Positions 40,101 through 55,100 of a stretch of 64,000 bases of DNA are shown here, piece after piece. Source of the DNA: Candidatus Omnitrophica bacterium UBA6253 (GTDB lineage: Bacteria > Omnitrophota > Gorgyraeia > Gygaellales > Profunditerraquicolaceae); contig DJVP01000012.1 in assembly GCA_002441245.1 (NCBI GenBank), forward strand, positions 325,504-389,503. Direction: 5' to 3'. Numbering within the stretch: position 1 is the first letter of the stretch; every line of letters starts with the position of its first letter. The notes below the pieces were generated by a model. It ran no database searches, was not told the DNA's origin, and was given only the letters and a program-made list of their open reading frames with translations. Both the position numbers and the translations under genes were made by a program.

Positions 40101-43100
40101 TCTCTTAAGGGAACCAAAACCTACATTCAATTCCCTGCAAATATCTTCGTTTGATTTTCCCAAAACAAGCAACACTAAAACTGTTACTTCCCTATCATCA
40201 AGCTTATTAGCGCAAGGAGATGAACTTAAGGAAGAATCGAAACCGGCCAAATGATTTTTTAGCTCGCCTAAATTCTCAATAACAAAATCAAAAGGCTCGA
40301 CTCCATCAAATAGCGCTTTGGCTTTCTCCAACTTACTTTCTTTTTCTTCGGCCGCGGCGAACATCGCCAACCGCACACCCTCAACAGCCTTCCTCAACGT
40401 AACGATTACTTTTGGAGCATCATCCACTATTAAAACTTCTTCTGCAGAGAATCCATTAGCCCTTATTATTTGAACCATTTCATCTATCTTAACCTTTATC
40501 GTGTCAGATTTTTTATTCTGCCGCTTAAGAAGAAACCTTGCTTCTTTAAAATATTTATTTAATCCGGAATATTTCAGTATATTTCTTTTTTCATAGCCTC
40601 CGGCAGAAACTATATAAAGGGGTAAAACCTGGCTTAGTCTTTCAACTGTTTCCTTGGCACCCGGAGTCAATAAAGAAACGGCTCGAGTTTTCAATATATT
40701 TTTTAACTGGCTGTCTCTTAATTCTTCATAGTCTTTGATATATTCCATAACAGGCTTGGCTTCTATTTTACCGCGCTGTCTGATAAGTCCGGATACCTCC
40801 GGCAATGTTTCCCTGGTAGGCGTACCTAAAACCCTCTTAAAAAATTCATTTATCCATGGCTCAAGCCAAAGAATATCTTTAAGTTCAAATCCGGCTTCCT
40901 TGAACATTTTATAAATTATCTGCCTGAGCACATCACGGCAAACAGGTATTGTATCCGCAATCACGCCGTCAAAATCAAATATAATTGCTTTAATTCCATC
41001 AGGTGAAGGAGAAACCGCTTTCTTCTCATTTGAAAAAAATACCGGCGAACTGGAGTGAAACATCGATGAAGCGCCCGATAAGTTAACACCATCCCTATTG
41101 TCGTTTAAAATTGATTTTGCCTTCTGGTAAAGATTGCTTATCAGGGAGTCACCGACGCTTTCATTATTCCGCAAGAAATCCGAGGATAGCCAGCCTACTT
41201 GTTCATTTTGGGAAGAAAAACTGTCCAATATGCCACGCACATAATATTCTAGATCTATAAAAATACCTGTATTCTCAATTTCCAATACATTTGTTAGTAA
41301 CTTCGACAATCTAATCCGCATGCTTTTTTCACAATTAAGATAACGGGCTGCGACGGATAACGGCAATCCTAAATCGCATTCTCTTTTTAAAACGGCCTGA
41401 CGGCGGGATTCTTCATCCCTGTTTACATACCATACTCCATCTAATATTTTCCCGACTTTTAGTTGGAACAGGTTGGCTGAATCTATAAAAATAGGCTTGC
41501 GGCTCCCATTATTAGAATCATGCAAAACCTTCAGTATCTGTTCATAAACCAAATGCCTTCTAGGTAAACAAGAAATGCGTATATAAAACCAATACAACAG
41601 AGGTGACAATGAAAAAATGTATTTTAACCTATTTATAATAATATTTTTCACGCAGCTTGAAAAATCGCCATAGACTACAGAACAGCCTTCTTTTTCTATA
41701 ATCCCGGAAACAGTGGTTTTCCCCACCCCCATAAATCCCGTAATGCCTATAAATTGAACTCCCAATTTTTCCTTTAAAGCAACAATCTCTTGAATCGTTT
41801 TCCTGCGACTCAATATTCTCAACGGCGAGCTGGCGGCTTGATAATTAACCATGCTTATTCCCCCTTCACAAACCTTGTATTCATGAAGAATACGCAGTAC
41901 CTCTGCTACGCTCCAGGCCTGCGAAGAAGTCCCTCCCGGATATTGAGGAACGGACAGACCAATCTCTCCGCCATTAAATACCTCGTCTATTGAGCCATGC
42001 GTAAAAAGCCTAAGAAGCAATTTCTCTGTTTTAAAACGCACCTCTTCTTTAATCTTTTCTTCCGCTACGCCTTGCCATCGTCTGACTCGCACCAATAAAT
42101 CTATCTCAGGACCGATAAGAAACGGCCAAGCTGTACCCTGGTGATAAGCAAAATCCTTGTGTTTACCAAAATCAACTGAATCTGGCCCTGGCTGACTGTT
42201 AGTATCATAGTGCGAATGGTAGTTGGAATCGCGTGGAGATAATGTTCGCGGGCCATAAGACGTACTTAAATCCTTCATGCAGGCATCTAACACCTGAGCC
42301 TGCTCCTCCATAGGTAAAATATCCGGTGCCACGCTCAAAGCAATAAGTTGGTTCGGCCGCAAAGCAGCTCCATGATTGGCGCTATCCGGTGTCCCATCCG
42401 GACCAATGACATCAAACAAACAATTTTCCCTCTCATCTAGCTCTCCGGGATTTTTTAAATGGTTGTTCCAAAATTTATCCCTGAAATTACTTTTTACCTT
42501 TTCTGCAAGTTCTTTCCAGTTCGGCTCATTCTTTTCCGGTTGCAGCCCGAATTCTTCCATTGCTTTAGCCAACCAGCGAAGGTTGGAATACCATAATCCT
42601 TGAATCTCTACGCACTTACCGTTACGCGGAGTTACGGGTAAGGTATGCTCCGGGATAGCGTCCATCCAAGTGCTCTGCGCAGGGCTAATGATTAACCCAT
42701 CTTCTTTATCAGCATAAATGCTTTGCCGCTGACCGTTGCGGTCATGATACCCTGTACCATTATAATAACCTAACATGACCCGGCGGATTACAGGCAGCAT
42801 TTGTTTAATGGTTTCGAAATCCCCCGTATAATCCAAATATTTATGTGCCATAACATAAACAAACCACATAGAGCCATCCACTGTGTTATACTCCGGATTA
42901 GCCGGGTCAATGATGCGGTTAGGGATCAAGCCATCGCGTTCGAATCTGCTAAAACTTTCGAGAAGCGCCCGTGCTTCAGGATGAAGCCATTTCTGCAGTA
43001 ATAAGCAACCGGTATAACTGATAAAAGTATCCCTTCCCCATTGCTCAAAGAACCAATCGCGGCTGGCGGCCCAAATTTGAGGTACTCCATTAAATGACTT

Positions 43101-46100
43101 AACAAAGGAATCCGCTGCGGCGCTTAAAGTAGGCATAATACAAGCTATAGCCTCTTCATCTTTCCAGACACTCTTTCCATCTTTCTGCAAACGCGGGTAA
43201 ATCCGGGTCGTAAATTTAATAAATGGCCCCAAGTCATAACGGCAGCGTTGATAATAATCCGAATCACCGGGGAGAGGTATTCGATATCTCCAGAGTGACT
43301 CACGAAGCACTATCTCTTCAGGTTTTAATTTTAACGAACGGTCATATCTGTCAAAGCCCGTGGCGTAGATCGTTTCACCCCATGACGTAGTTATGCGCAC
43401 AACCTTGATAAGCTCGTAATCTCCCCATAAATCACCCATAGTATAAATAATAAACTTGGAAGCATTGGGAGAAACTTGCGCCTGTAATAAGTTATTGAAT
43501 CCAACCATAAAATCCACCGCATTCCTGTGATACCAACGTGAATGGTCATCATGGGTACTAAGCCTCTTGGCATTTCCATCCATAACTACAAATCCAAGAC
43601 GCTCGGCATCGCCTGCTTTACCTTCATAGGCTTCAGCTAAAGGAAGTTTACCGCGTTCAAGATAAACCTTAATCAATGCAGCCGCAAAATCCTCCCCATC
43701 TTCATCGCCGCTGGCTAACTGTCCGCTACCAAAATTCCAGCTAAAATGCAAAGCATCAGTACGGCCTCCGGCAAAACCGAAATCCAACCAATGCATAATA
43801 GGATCAAGTTTAAGTTTATATCCATCTTTACGCAGGTTTTCCCAGTTCCAAAGGGCCAAATCCATCCATCTTTCATTGGAACATTCATTTACAATCCCCG
43901 GATAGCGGTTATAAATATCACGGAAAAATTCTTTATGATGCCGATAAACATCCACACTGTCTTTAGCGCGAAACATAGCATCGTCAAGAAGTAAATATCC
44001 ACCCATGGTATTCACATCCCGGACAGCTTCTGCCAATTGCTGGTACCCAATCCATTGACTATATTTGTACCTATTCTTTAATTCCGAGTAGTATGGAGTT
44101 ACTCTTACTTGATTTACCCGCTCATCCTCCCATTCCCACCAGGGCCTACTGTTGAAAATTAAGTGCAGGACCATAAAATCGGCAAAATCATCCAACCAAA
44201 CCTTATCATGATTTTTGCAGAACTCCTTAAACTGCCCGGCCCGGTTAGTGTTATTAAGAATACATTCCCGTTGAAAAACCTCAAAGGCTTTCTGCAAAAT
44301 TGTGCTTTCGCGATAGCGCAATTCCGCGTGATTAATTTCTCGTGAAGGAAAAGTTAGCAATGGCCCGAATTCCTTTTTATGTTTGATCACCTCCGGAACT
44401 TCTGACCAGTCATTATAATCAGTGTTAACAGCATATTGGCAAATTGAGCCATAAGGGCTCTCCAATAGAATAGGATAATGCGGAAGCATAACCGCAACCC
44501 TTACTCCATTCGACAGGAGTTTTGATTTAAAATGCGGAGCGATATCAGTCCATTTTCCGATTCCGGGATCATTCTCCGGCCTGCGTAACGCGCCAATACT
44601 CATTGTCTCAACAATATATGTTTCATCCGGCATCTGCCACCAGGCATCCATAGGTGAGCTGGAAACTAAGAAAACGCTTTCATTCGAAGGCAAAATAAAA
44701 CTACGCGACTCTACCTTTACTAATGCGCCAAGCTCTTTGGAAACAGGAGAGCTTGATTGTCCCGAGATAGAACAACTGCCCTTTTGGAGATTCGCTCTCA
44801 TCTCTTGAGGCGATAACACATTAATCTGAGTATCCACGCCCCAGCCATTAGCCCAGCTAATAACATCTTCTTTGCGTAAGGAGCCATTATTAGTATCCAT
44901 GCGTTCAAATAACGCCGCTGTCAGCCATCCGCTTCTCTTAGGCGAAAACGCAACAGTCCATTTAACGCTATCATTCTCTACTAAGTACTCCCCGGCATCC
45001 GCCTCCACTATGAACCGTTCGCTATTTACATTCTTTACAGGATTAGTAGTCCCCAATATTACCGGCACAAGCTTAGAGCATAACTCGTATCTACGCAGAG
45101 GAATGGTTATCTCAATTTTCATCTTGTGCCCCATTACTACATCCCAAATTCTTTCTTCTGTTTGTTTAACATAGCCCGTTTCTTCAATGATTTTGATTTT
45201 CATCTTGTGATTACTCTGGTTATTGATCTCCTGGCGCGCCTTACAGGTCAACCGGGGTGTCAACGTTACCTCATACTCCTCCTGCCATTTTCCTGATGTG
45301 GTTATAACGCGGAACTTCTTCTCTTTACCATTCATGCATATTGCTTTCCTAAATATAACCACACCTTCTTCCGGTTTTTCTTCTACTTGATTAAACTCCT
45401 CAATAACTCCTTCCGGAGTTTCTATCCATGCGCTTACACGCTTCAATCCATTCAGGCGAACCGGTACTACTAATTCTAACTCGTTAGCATTCCTGGACAT
45501 CACACATACCCTGCTTCCTCCCGTACATGGTTCGCTATCCAGTATAACCTTACCCGAATCTAACTTCTGCTTTATCCGCAGATAATGTTTCTCATCCTGC
45601 GCAAAGGTTACTTCATGCTCCGGCTGTGCGAATCCTCCAAACTCCTTCAATAATATCTGATGGATGAACTTACCAGGGTTCTTGGCTATCAATTCCTGCC
45701 TCTTTGCTTCCTCTTTACCGACCATCTTATCCCATTGCCGCGCGTATTCTGCTGCCGTCAAATTTACATCCACGCTACGGAAAAGCTTGAACCCGTCTAA
45801 CAAATGCTCAGTTAATCTACCCTGTTTCCCTGCTTCCAATACCCATTCATACAACTCTAAGTATGAACCCTCACTTGAATCTTTCGGTACAATATTCGAC
45901 CCCCGGACTGACTGACGGTTAGCCAACGCCTGAATCAACTGTATATACCCGTGTAAAGCCGCGCATCCGCCATGCATCCAAGTATGCGCCTCAGTTGACT
46001 CTGCGGCGCCTGTAATTAAGGGGTTGCGTAACTGTGTCAAGAATGACGAATCCTGCATCTGCGGCGCCAGACAAGGCAAAAGCGCAAGCTGCTGATCTAT

Positions 46101-49100
46101 ATCGAATTTCGGCTGATAAATCAGCTTGCTTTTCAGACCATGCACGTTTATCTCTCTGGTAAATCCCAGGAATTGCTCACCTTCATACTTGCTCCCACCC
46201 GGCAATTCTGTACCCATATAATCCTGCACATTACCAAGGATCACAAAGAATTGTCCTCTCTCAATAGCCTTTTTCACATTTTCATCGCTAAACGCGCCAT
46301 CACGACCCCACTTCTCATGTACCCACCTACCGCTGTAACCTGCCCACGGCATATCTTCAATTGCTGCCCAATACGCATCCCAGTCGCCGCTATATTCATC
46401 AGGTAATACTATATTCCACTCTTGAACATGAGACTTTATATAGGTGTTAATATAATACCATTTGCTTGCTCGCACCAATTCCGCGAACATCTCCATCAAC
46501 TCTTGGTCTGTCCGCTCAACGTTATCTACCCAAGCCCACAATTCTTCGTATGTAAGCTTATCCCTCTCCTGCTGGAATTTCGCTTTCTCGAATTTATCAG
46601 CAACACGCATCTTATCATTCAATCGCTCGTAAACATCTTTTGATGCCTGTCTCGCAAAGCGAGATTCGATAAACCGCATTGCAAAATACCTGAGCGTCAG
46701 CCTGCACAGGTCGCCGTTAGTCACCCCTATGCCGGTACTTTCATAAACCTGTGGATCAAATTTCCTCATTTGATAACCGTGTGAATCACTTACGTAATTC
46801 GTAAACCCCCTCCTGAGCATCGTTGCGCGCAACCCCGCGCTCGTCCAATCATAACCTTCATTACCGTGGACTGTCCGTCGCTTCCATAACCATAACCATT
46901 CATCAGGAACACCGGCCTGCTTCAAATATTCTCTGGTTGCCGATAATGTATTCAACACCGTATGTGAGGTACTCCCATAGTAGGCCTCTAATAAAACAGG
47001 TGTCTGGAACTCAGGTAAAAATAAACTCCACGCCGCAGCCGCCACCGTCTGTCCATCATTCAATCCTAAAAACGGTGCCTTCCACAATACCCCTTCTTGC
47101 GCCCGCCGGCCCTCCTCTATTTTATTAACCACCGCAAGGAATGCTTTCGTCGCAAACTCAACTGAATGTGATACCGTTGGATCCCTATGCCGTTCGGCTC
47201 CACAATTGCTGTCATCGTAGCGATATAGAATCTGTGCGTACCAGCCACCTGCATCCCTGAACATGACAACCGGAATACCTTCATCATTTTCAGCCTGATA
47301 TACCAGAACCTCTTCTTTCTTCCCCTGAAATGTTGCCTCTATTCTCATTGTAATATCATCACCCATTTTTAATGGTATAGGCAGCGATCCGTAATCTAGT
47401 TTTTTGTCGATTTCTCTCTCATAGCTTGATCCCCATAAATACCGAGGCTCCACTATTACTACATCGAGACCCATTGCCTTTAGAGCCCTTGCCAAATACT
47501 GCATTACTCTGCCTAATCCACCCTTAAGCTGCGACACTTCTGGAGCAAGTAAATACAATCTCCTGCCCTGTAGATGCTTAAATGCCTCTTCACCCCATTT
47601 CTGTAAATCCGGGATCATATTCAACATTAACAACACCGACTCTGTAAGAGCGCTTCTTTCTGCCACATACTCTAATAAATCTCCGTTAACACTACGGAGC
47701 AAATACTTTACCAACATATCCCTCATTTTTGCATTTAAACCCAGCACGCCTCTCAGGAACGGTTGGCGCGCCTCTACGGGACCAAGCGGGAATTCTTCGG
47801 AAGCCGCGCTATAGCTATTTACCATCTCTGCCAGCGCCTTTTCATTTTTAATCTCTCCCTGCTCATTAAACATTCCACGCAACTCTTCCTCTATGAAGAA
47901 ATTCAACTTCGCCCAAGTCGCTATGGCTTCTTTTTTCTCTCTCAATTCGTAGTGCCCATGTTTATCCCTTGAGATTATTTTCAAATTCTCCAGGTAATCA
48001 AAGATATCCTGGATATGTATTCCGCTTCTATCTCCTATATTGCTAAAACCAAATCGCTCTAATAACTCCATCTCCACTTTCTTACTCATCGTATCATCCA
48101 GCTTTACCGGCAGGCGTCCTTGCTTATCCCATTCAAGCAATAATTCCGCTGTCCCGAATAACATTGCCCAGTATGCCGGCATATTACCTTTATTATCCCG
48201 AATAGCCTGATGTGGTAACGGATATTTTGTATTAATAATTTCTCGTGACAAACCATAACAAATATTATGTTCTACGGGTGAAGAGCAGTTTTCTACCGGG
48301 GAGTTTAAATAAGCGGAAACTTCTGCGGGCGAAGAAACAATAGTTTCCCCAGCCGGCGGGCCTCTCTTAGGCAAGGATTTGGCTATTACATCGGTTTCTA
48401 CTATTGCTTGCGAGGTAAAACCTGAAATCTTCTGAAGGATATGGAGGAATTTATCGTCTGAGATATTAACAGGGCTTGAACCAAAAGAAATCTTATTAAA
48501 AATCTTATTACTATGCAACAAAGGGATTGTCTGGGGGACAGGCTTTTTATCGTTATCTGAAATAATAAGTAAATCCCCGTTTTTAATTAAATAGTCTCCT
48601 CCCCGCTTAAGCCTGCAGACCATGGATAAATCGCCCTGGCTATCGGGAAAATATTCACCTAAGGAACAAACTCTAATATGCGGATCGCTTACATTCAAAA
48701 CACTGGCTATACTATCTATCTTGCTTTCTGAAGGGCTGCGCAGGGCCTTTATGGTAACGGGAGCTTTTATATTGCTCCCCAGTTTGATAACATTTATATA
48801 CTTATATTCGCTAATATATTTTGAAATTATAGAAAATATTTCCGCGGCATTTTCCGCCGCTTCTACCCCTGGTATCACCTCAAATTTTTGATTCTCCAGC
48901 GCGTCAATTTTCTGCAACTTATGAGACCAATATGCCATCTTACCCAAACGCATCTCCCTATAAGTTTTTTGTGAATAAATCTGTATTTCGTATTTTACGC
49001 CAAAGCCGTCTTCAAAATCTATGTGGTATTTTTGTCCCGGAATTACATACCCCCCTTCAAGCTTAATGTCTTTACTGTCTATGTTGCTTGCATTTATATT

Positions 49101-52100
49101 TATACCAAATCTGCCCTTCAAGATCTTTCCGATATACCATACTGCGCCATGCACATCTACATCACTTTCCACGATAACCGTTATCCCCAAGATGTCAGTT
49201 AGGTCTGATATTGAAGTGTATTTTTCGTCCCCCCTATTGATCTTTAACCACGCGGTAAAAGCCTTCTTAACCCTGTTTAAAACAGTTGCCCTTATCCCAT
49301 CTTCATTAAGCCCATTTCTTATATCTTCGGATAAATCGTTTAAATATTTATTGGCATCCGTTCGGCTCCTTCCGATAACTGTTTCGATTTCTTTCTCTAT
49401 AATGTTATGGATACTGCCGGCGTAATTTCTGAATACTTCATCCAGGAAATCCCCGGCCAATTCATCCAAACCCAATCTCTCAGCCAACGGAGCATATATA
49501 CAGGCTATCTCCTCTAACAAATCCTTTTTTCCTGTATAAGTAGAAATACTTATGAACTTATCCGCCAACACCAGATATAAACCCTCGATGCTTTCGGAAA
49601 GTCTTATAACAAGATTGATGCGGTTATTAACGGCTTCCTGGTCTTTGTAATTTAGACCATACGGAAGGTTAATTAATCCGGTCAGCCTCTTTACATAAGC
49701 GATAATTCTTCCTGCCTTAGACTTATCAACCCCCAGCCCTTTAAGTATCCGTTTTATCTCTTTCTCCGAGGAGACCTTATGCAAATAAGCAGCATAAATA
49801 ACTTCTTCCTCGGAGGTAAATTCCAAGGCCTTAGCCGCTACTCTTTTTGTATGTGTAAAATATGTCTCTCCAGAAGAAAATTTCTTGCCCCTGTATTCTT
49901 CGCTCAAGATCTTCTCTATCTGAACAATCCGTTCGCCTCTAATCTCTACCGGTGAACTGGAGTAAAAAGAGTTATTCTTTCTAATATTCCCTATATCCTT
50001 AGCTGAAGAAAGCGATGCCCCTTTCAGAAAGACTACATATGGCCTTTTTTCTAATAAGGGCGCTAATCTCATGGCTGAGTTCAAGCCAGTTGCCAGAACC
50101 ACTCTTTCCTTTAACACTGCCTCCCGGCTCGATAAGAAAGTTATAGCCAGAGAACCAGCCCGGGTATTTAGCATTGATAAAAATCCCTTCAATTGTAGAC
50201 TCAAGGCTAGCGAACTCAAGAACCTGTAAATCGTGCATTTTACTCCTCCTTTGTTAATTAGATTATTAGAAAATAATATCTCTTTCCCTGTAATCTCCAT
50301 CGGCGAGCTAGAAACACCATCTCTCTGAATTAATGACCTTGAAGGCACAAATAAAGAAGCCCCCAAAATCCCGGTGCAGCCAACTATTTCTTTTAGCCCG
50401 TGTATTCGGTCGGCCTCTATTAATATAATATCTCTATATCCCCTGGAATTAAGTTCGTCTTTCAAGGCAGTGAGAATGTTCTTTCTGTTAGAGCTTTTGA
50501 TCAACCATCCGCCTAAAATAAAAATACTACAACCTTTAACGCTTTGCCAGAATTGTCTTTCCAATTCTTCAGGAATATTAACTATTAATTTTCTACCGCT
50601 ACCCTCATAGATCGCAATGATAGCCCGGGATAAATCCATACCTACCTGGTTAAATATCGAGATACTGGATGCCCGAATCAAAGCATCCGTTGAATATGTC
50701 AACTTGCTAAGGGATTCACCGTCAATCCTGTCTAATTTTTGTAAAACAGTATTCTGGCAGGCAAGATTCGCAATCCCCTTGCCGCTAATAAGATCTTCAC
50801 AGGTCAAATAATCCTTAGAAAACTTTCCCTTGCCTTTACGGATAACAATATCGAAAAATTGTTGCGGCCCGGGCATAATAACTACCTGATTATTCTTAAT
50901 GAACAAACCTCCGGCCCCAAAACCGGTGCCGGGAATAATATTAATAATTTTAGGAGCAGTTTTAAGCCTGTCTTTAACCGACGCAAACTCTCTCGAATTA
51001 ATCAAAGAAAGTAAATGGTGTGTCATAGCCAGGCTATGCGCAACGCCGTCATTATTGATAAACACCTGCCATTCTTTGCTTAATCTATCTATTATTTCAT
51101 CTGCGAACTTCAAACGCTCCAAATCAGGCACATTGAAAGCTGTTCCGCTATAAACCAGCCCGTTTTCTTGCCAGGCGCCGGGAGCTGAAATACCTACAGA
51201 CTTTAATAAACGACGACTTTGCATCTGCTTGCTTCTTAAGCCCTCCTTGATCAAAACAACCATGGAATCGATTGCTTCAGGTAAATCAACAACTTTTTCT
51301 CCATTAATAATCTTAAACGGATTCACACAAGAACCCTTCCAGAGAATAATCGGTTCGCCGATAAACTGACCTTTTCTAATTTTTCTTTGAACTAATGCTA
51401 CTCTTATGTTCGTGCCGCCAAAATCAATAGCCGGAATTACAACCGAGCTGATTCTATCCAAGGGATTAGTTAATTCTTGTAATGGTGAAGAGCTGAATAT
51501 ATTACTCGATTCATTAAAAGTTTCAGGCGTCAAAGACCCTAGTCCTTCAGCATCATAGATAATACCAGAGTTAGTTATCTCGGTTTCATCTATGTAAACC
51601 CCTAGTTTGGTTAACCCATAAACAAAATTATGATATATCCACTTTCCGCCGTCTGTTAACGGCAGATCTTGAGACATAGGGAAAGTTTCTAATCCCTGAA
51701 GACTATAACTGATCCAACTAGTAAACAATGCATGAATAGGATAATAATACGGCTGGATAATTACGGGATTATAAACATATAAACCAGCTAAAGGCTGGTC
51801 TTTTATTGCCCGATACAGGTCTGTTCTAGTAATTTTTCCTTCAGCAACGCCCATATCGATGATTTTCGGCAGCATCTTTGCATAAAGATAGTATAAAAAC
51901 CTCGTATTATCGTGCGTCTCGTTGTAATGCTTATATTTTATAAATATTGCGTCCTCGCAAATAGTGCCGATAGCATCAATTTCAACCGGATTAAGCAGTA
52001 GTAGGTAAGCGCTTTTAGTGTGACCGCCCCCGGGGGAAATAATTACTTTTACCCCTTCACGGATAGCAAGCTCTCTAAAATTGTAAACCTCTGCACCCCC

Positions 52101-55100
52101 CTTTGTAATACTTTGCGGTCTCCAGAAATTGCCTATCCTTCTAAGATCATTGGCGAGAATAATGTTTCCATCTATGCTTATATTAGAAATATTATCTACA
52201 ACAATCCCTTCATCCAAAGCCACCTTTCGCTCAGGAGCAAGGCGCATAGAAAGCATGTCCCAGCGCTTTTCGCTGAATTGCTTAATTATTGTATCCAGAT
52301 GAGAGATTATTCTCCCGGGGATTACGTCCTTAATCCTCTCCTCTATGGATAACGGCTTAAGCCAGAAATTACCTCTTATACAATTTTCCGGAATAATATC
52401 AGGTAAAAATTTTCCAACGTCTACAAAAATCTTCCAGCCATAAGGCAAAGCTTCGTGAATTACAGTAAAACAACAAAGTAATCTATTTAAAATAATCATT
52501 AGATTAACATCATCAATAATAATAACGGCTGGCAAAATATCTTCCATGATTTTTTCAAGATTTACAATCCTCTCTTCCGCTACCGCTAATATCCTAAGCA
52601 ACACAGTCTCAATTCTTTCTCTTAAAACTAAATTATCTCCAGTCTTCTTATTAATATGTTTATTTAGTAAGATAAGAAGAGGCTTGTTTGCCAAAAGCTC
52701 TATCTGTTTCTTGACCTGACGCATCCCTGACGGAATAAACCATCTATTTAAACCACTCAGGAGACCAAATTGACCATTCTCATAGATAGCCTCATCAATA
52801 TATGAATTTGCTTTAAAAATATCCTCCGGGCTATGTATATCCGGACCAATAATACTCTTTAATCTCCCAATAGCAGTCAGCCTTATGTTAAGAAGAGATG
52901 AGGACGAATGTTTATATTTATATAGAGACTGGACCCTGGCAAAGTTTAGTTCCGATAAATCTCTTACAACAATATCTGCACCTGCCTCTTCCAATTTCTG
53001 ACTGTTACCCACCCTGTCTATACCAATTATTAAACCGAAGTTCCCTCTTTTAAAAGCCTCAACACCTAAAGGAGCATCCTCAAAACCGACACACTCTTCA
53101 GGTAAAACTCCAATTTTCTGGGCAGCTAACAAGAATATCTTCGGGCTAGGCTTACCTTCGCCAACATCTTTCTTAGTTATAATGACTTTAATAATATTAT
53201 TGAAAACGCTTTCTTTTAAGTAATAAGAAAAAACTGTCGCGGAGCCTACTGCTATGCGGATATTTTGTCGGTCTAATTCTTTTATAAGAGATGCAGTTGA
53301 ATCAAATAACGGGACTCCATTGCTATCCCTAACGAACTCGCTAATCGCTTTTTCTTTCCGTTGGTCTAATTCCTGAATAAATCCCTTACTTGCACCGGGG
53401 AACATTGCTTTAAAGGCATCCTTACCGCTTACTCCATTGGCAAATCTATTATATAGATTCAAATCAAAATACTTACCTTCCCTCGCTAATATTTTTTTGT
53501 AAATCTCAAACCAAACCAATGCCGTATCCGCTATCACCCCGTCAAAATCAAAGATCGCGCCCTTAAGAACACTAGCAGGGTTTTCAATGATAGATGAGGA
53601 AGATTTTAGATCTAACTGAGAACTTGCATAAAGCGCAGCGCCTATAGCGCCTCCGTATTGCCTATCCACACTCGACAAAGAAACCGTAAACCGCCCTTCA
53701 TTAGCTTCACTCAATAAATTATTGATTCCTTTTAATATTCCTGTTCCGGCTTCCGCTACCGTAATACCTCCTGTAATTATGAATTTTGTATCCTGCCTCA
53801 TCCTATTCATCAAGCGCATCCAGGAATAAATTGAATGTGATAAATCACAATAAACTCTTCGCGCCTCCGCATACCCGATTTGATCTCGATTCTTTAATAA
53901 CTGACTTATCTCTAAAACACTAAGATTATCTTTCCCTGCAATACCAGGTAAAGCGAACTTCTGGGAAATCCTTAAGATACCACTGACTCCGGCAAAAGCT
54001 GCAAAACATCCTTTAACGCTGCATCCTTGGTCAAATGGAGCATCCTCTCTAAGGTTGACCACAAAAGCTCCGCTCTGTTCAATTCGACTCATATCTATTA
54101 ATCCACCTTCAAACCGAGCGCATCCTACTCCGGTACCTAAAGCCAAAAGCACTCCATTATCTATTTTGTCATAATTAAGTGCGGCTACGGCAAACGAGGT
54201 TACATCATTTAAAACCCTTACACATTCAATGTGATATTCTTTTTTTAGTTCTTCCAACATGCTATGTAAATAGCCATAGTCTTCCCGGAAATCCGCATCC
54301 ACTCGCTCATGAGCCTTCCCCCATTTGTATTCATAATTAACCAACCAAATAATGTTACTTTCAATCGGGTTTACTACTCCCGGCAATGATATCCCTATGC
54401 CATCTATCTTATAGCCCTTAGACATATCTTTAGCTAAATTCATTATCAAGTCTTTCAGTTCTTTCCCACCGGTAGTCACGGTATCAATCGTAGTTTTTTC
54501 CATTACTAACCCATCCCTAACAACTACGGACTTTATTGTTGTTGCTCCGACATCGATTCCGATAAAGGCCCCTTTCATCATTTCCGGAGGTAAAGGCCCT
54601 AACAAATGCCTGACCAACTTATCCATCAAAAACTGATTTTCCTTACTGTCATACGTTAGGAAACTAACCTTATTCCCGAAATTCGCGAAATATTCCAACC
54701 TCTTGAAATTATCTTTAAGATGGTTCGCTAAAAGATAAAATACCGCCTCCGACATCTTCTCATTGGTTGAGCCAACGTATACTTTTTCCGCGCTAAAAGC
54801 AACAATGTAATTGTAGAGGAAAGAAGATATGTAATTAAGAACACTCTGTCTAATTGGACCTTCAAAGAGTTCTTTTACAAGAGGAATTGAAACCTCTCTC
54901 ATTTCAAGCCCAGACTGTAAAGCAACCAGTATTCTATGGCTATTAGGATATTTGTTAGTAATCAGGGCAAAAAGCATATCCCAATCATTAATATCTCCGG
55001 ATGTCAGCGCCTCTTTAATAAGGTTTTTTAAACCAGATTCATCGCTTAATGCCGGAACAGTCGGATCAAAAATCTTTGTTTTATTTTTCTTGACGATATA

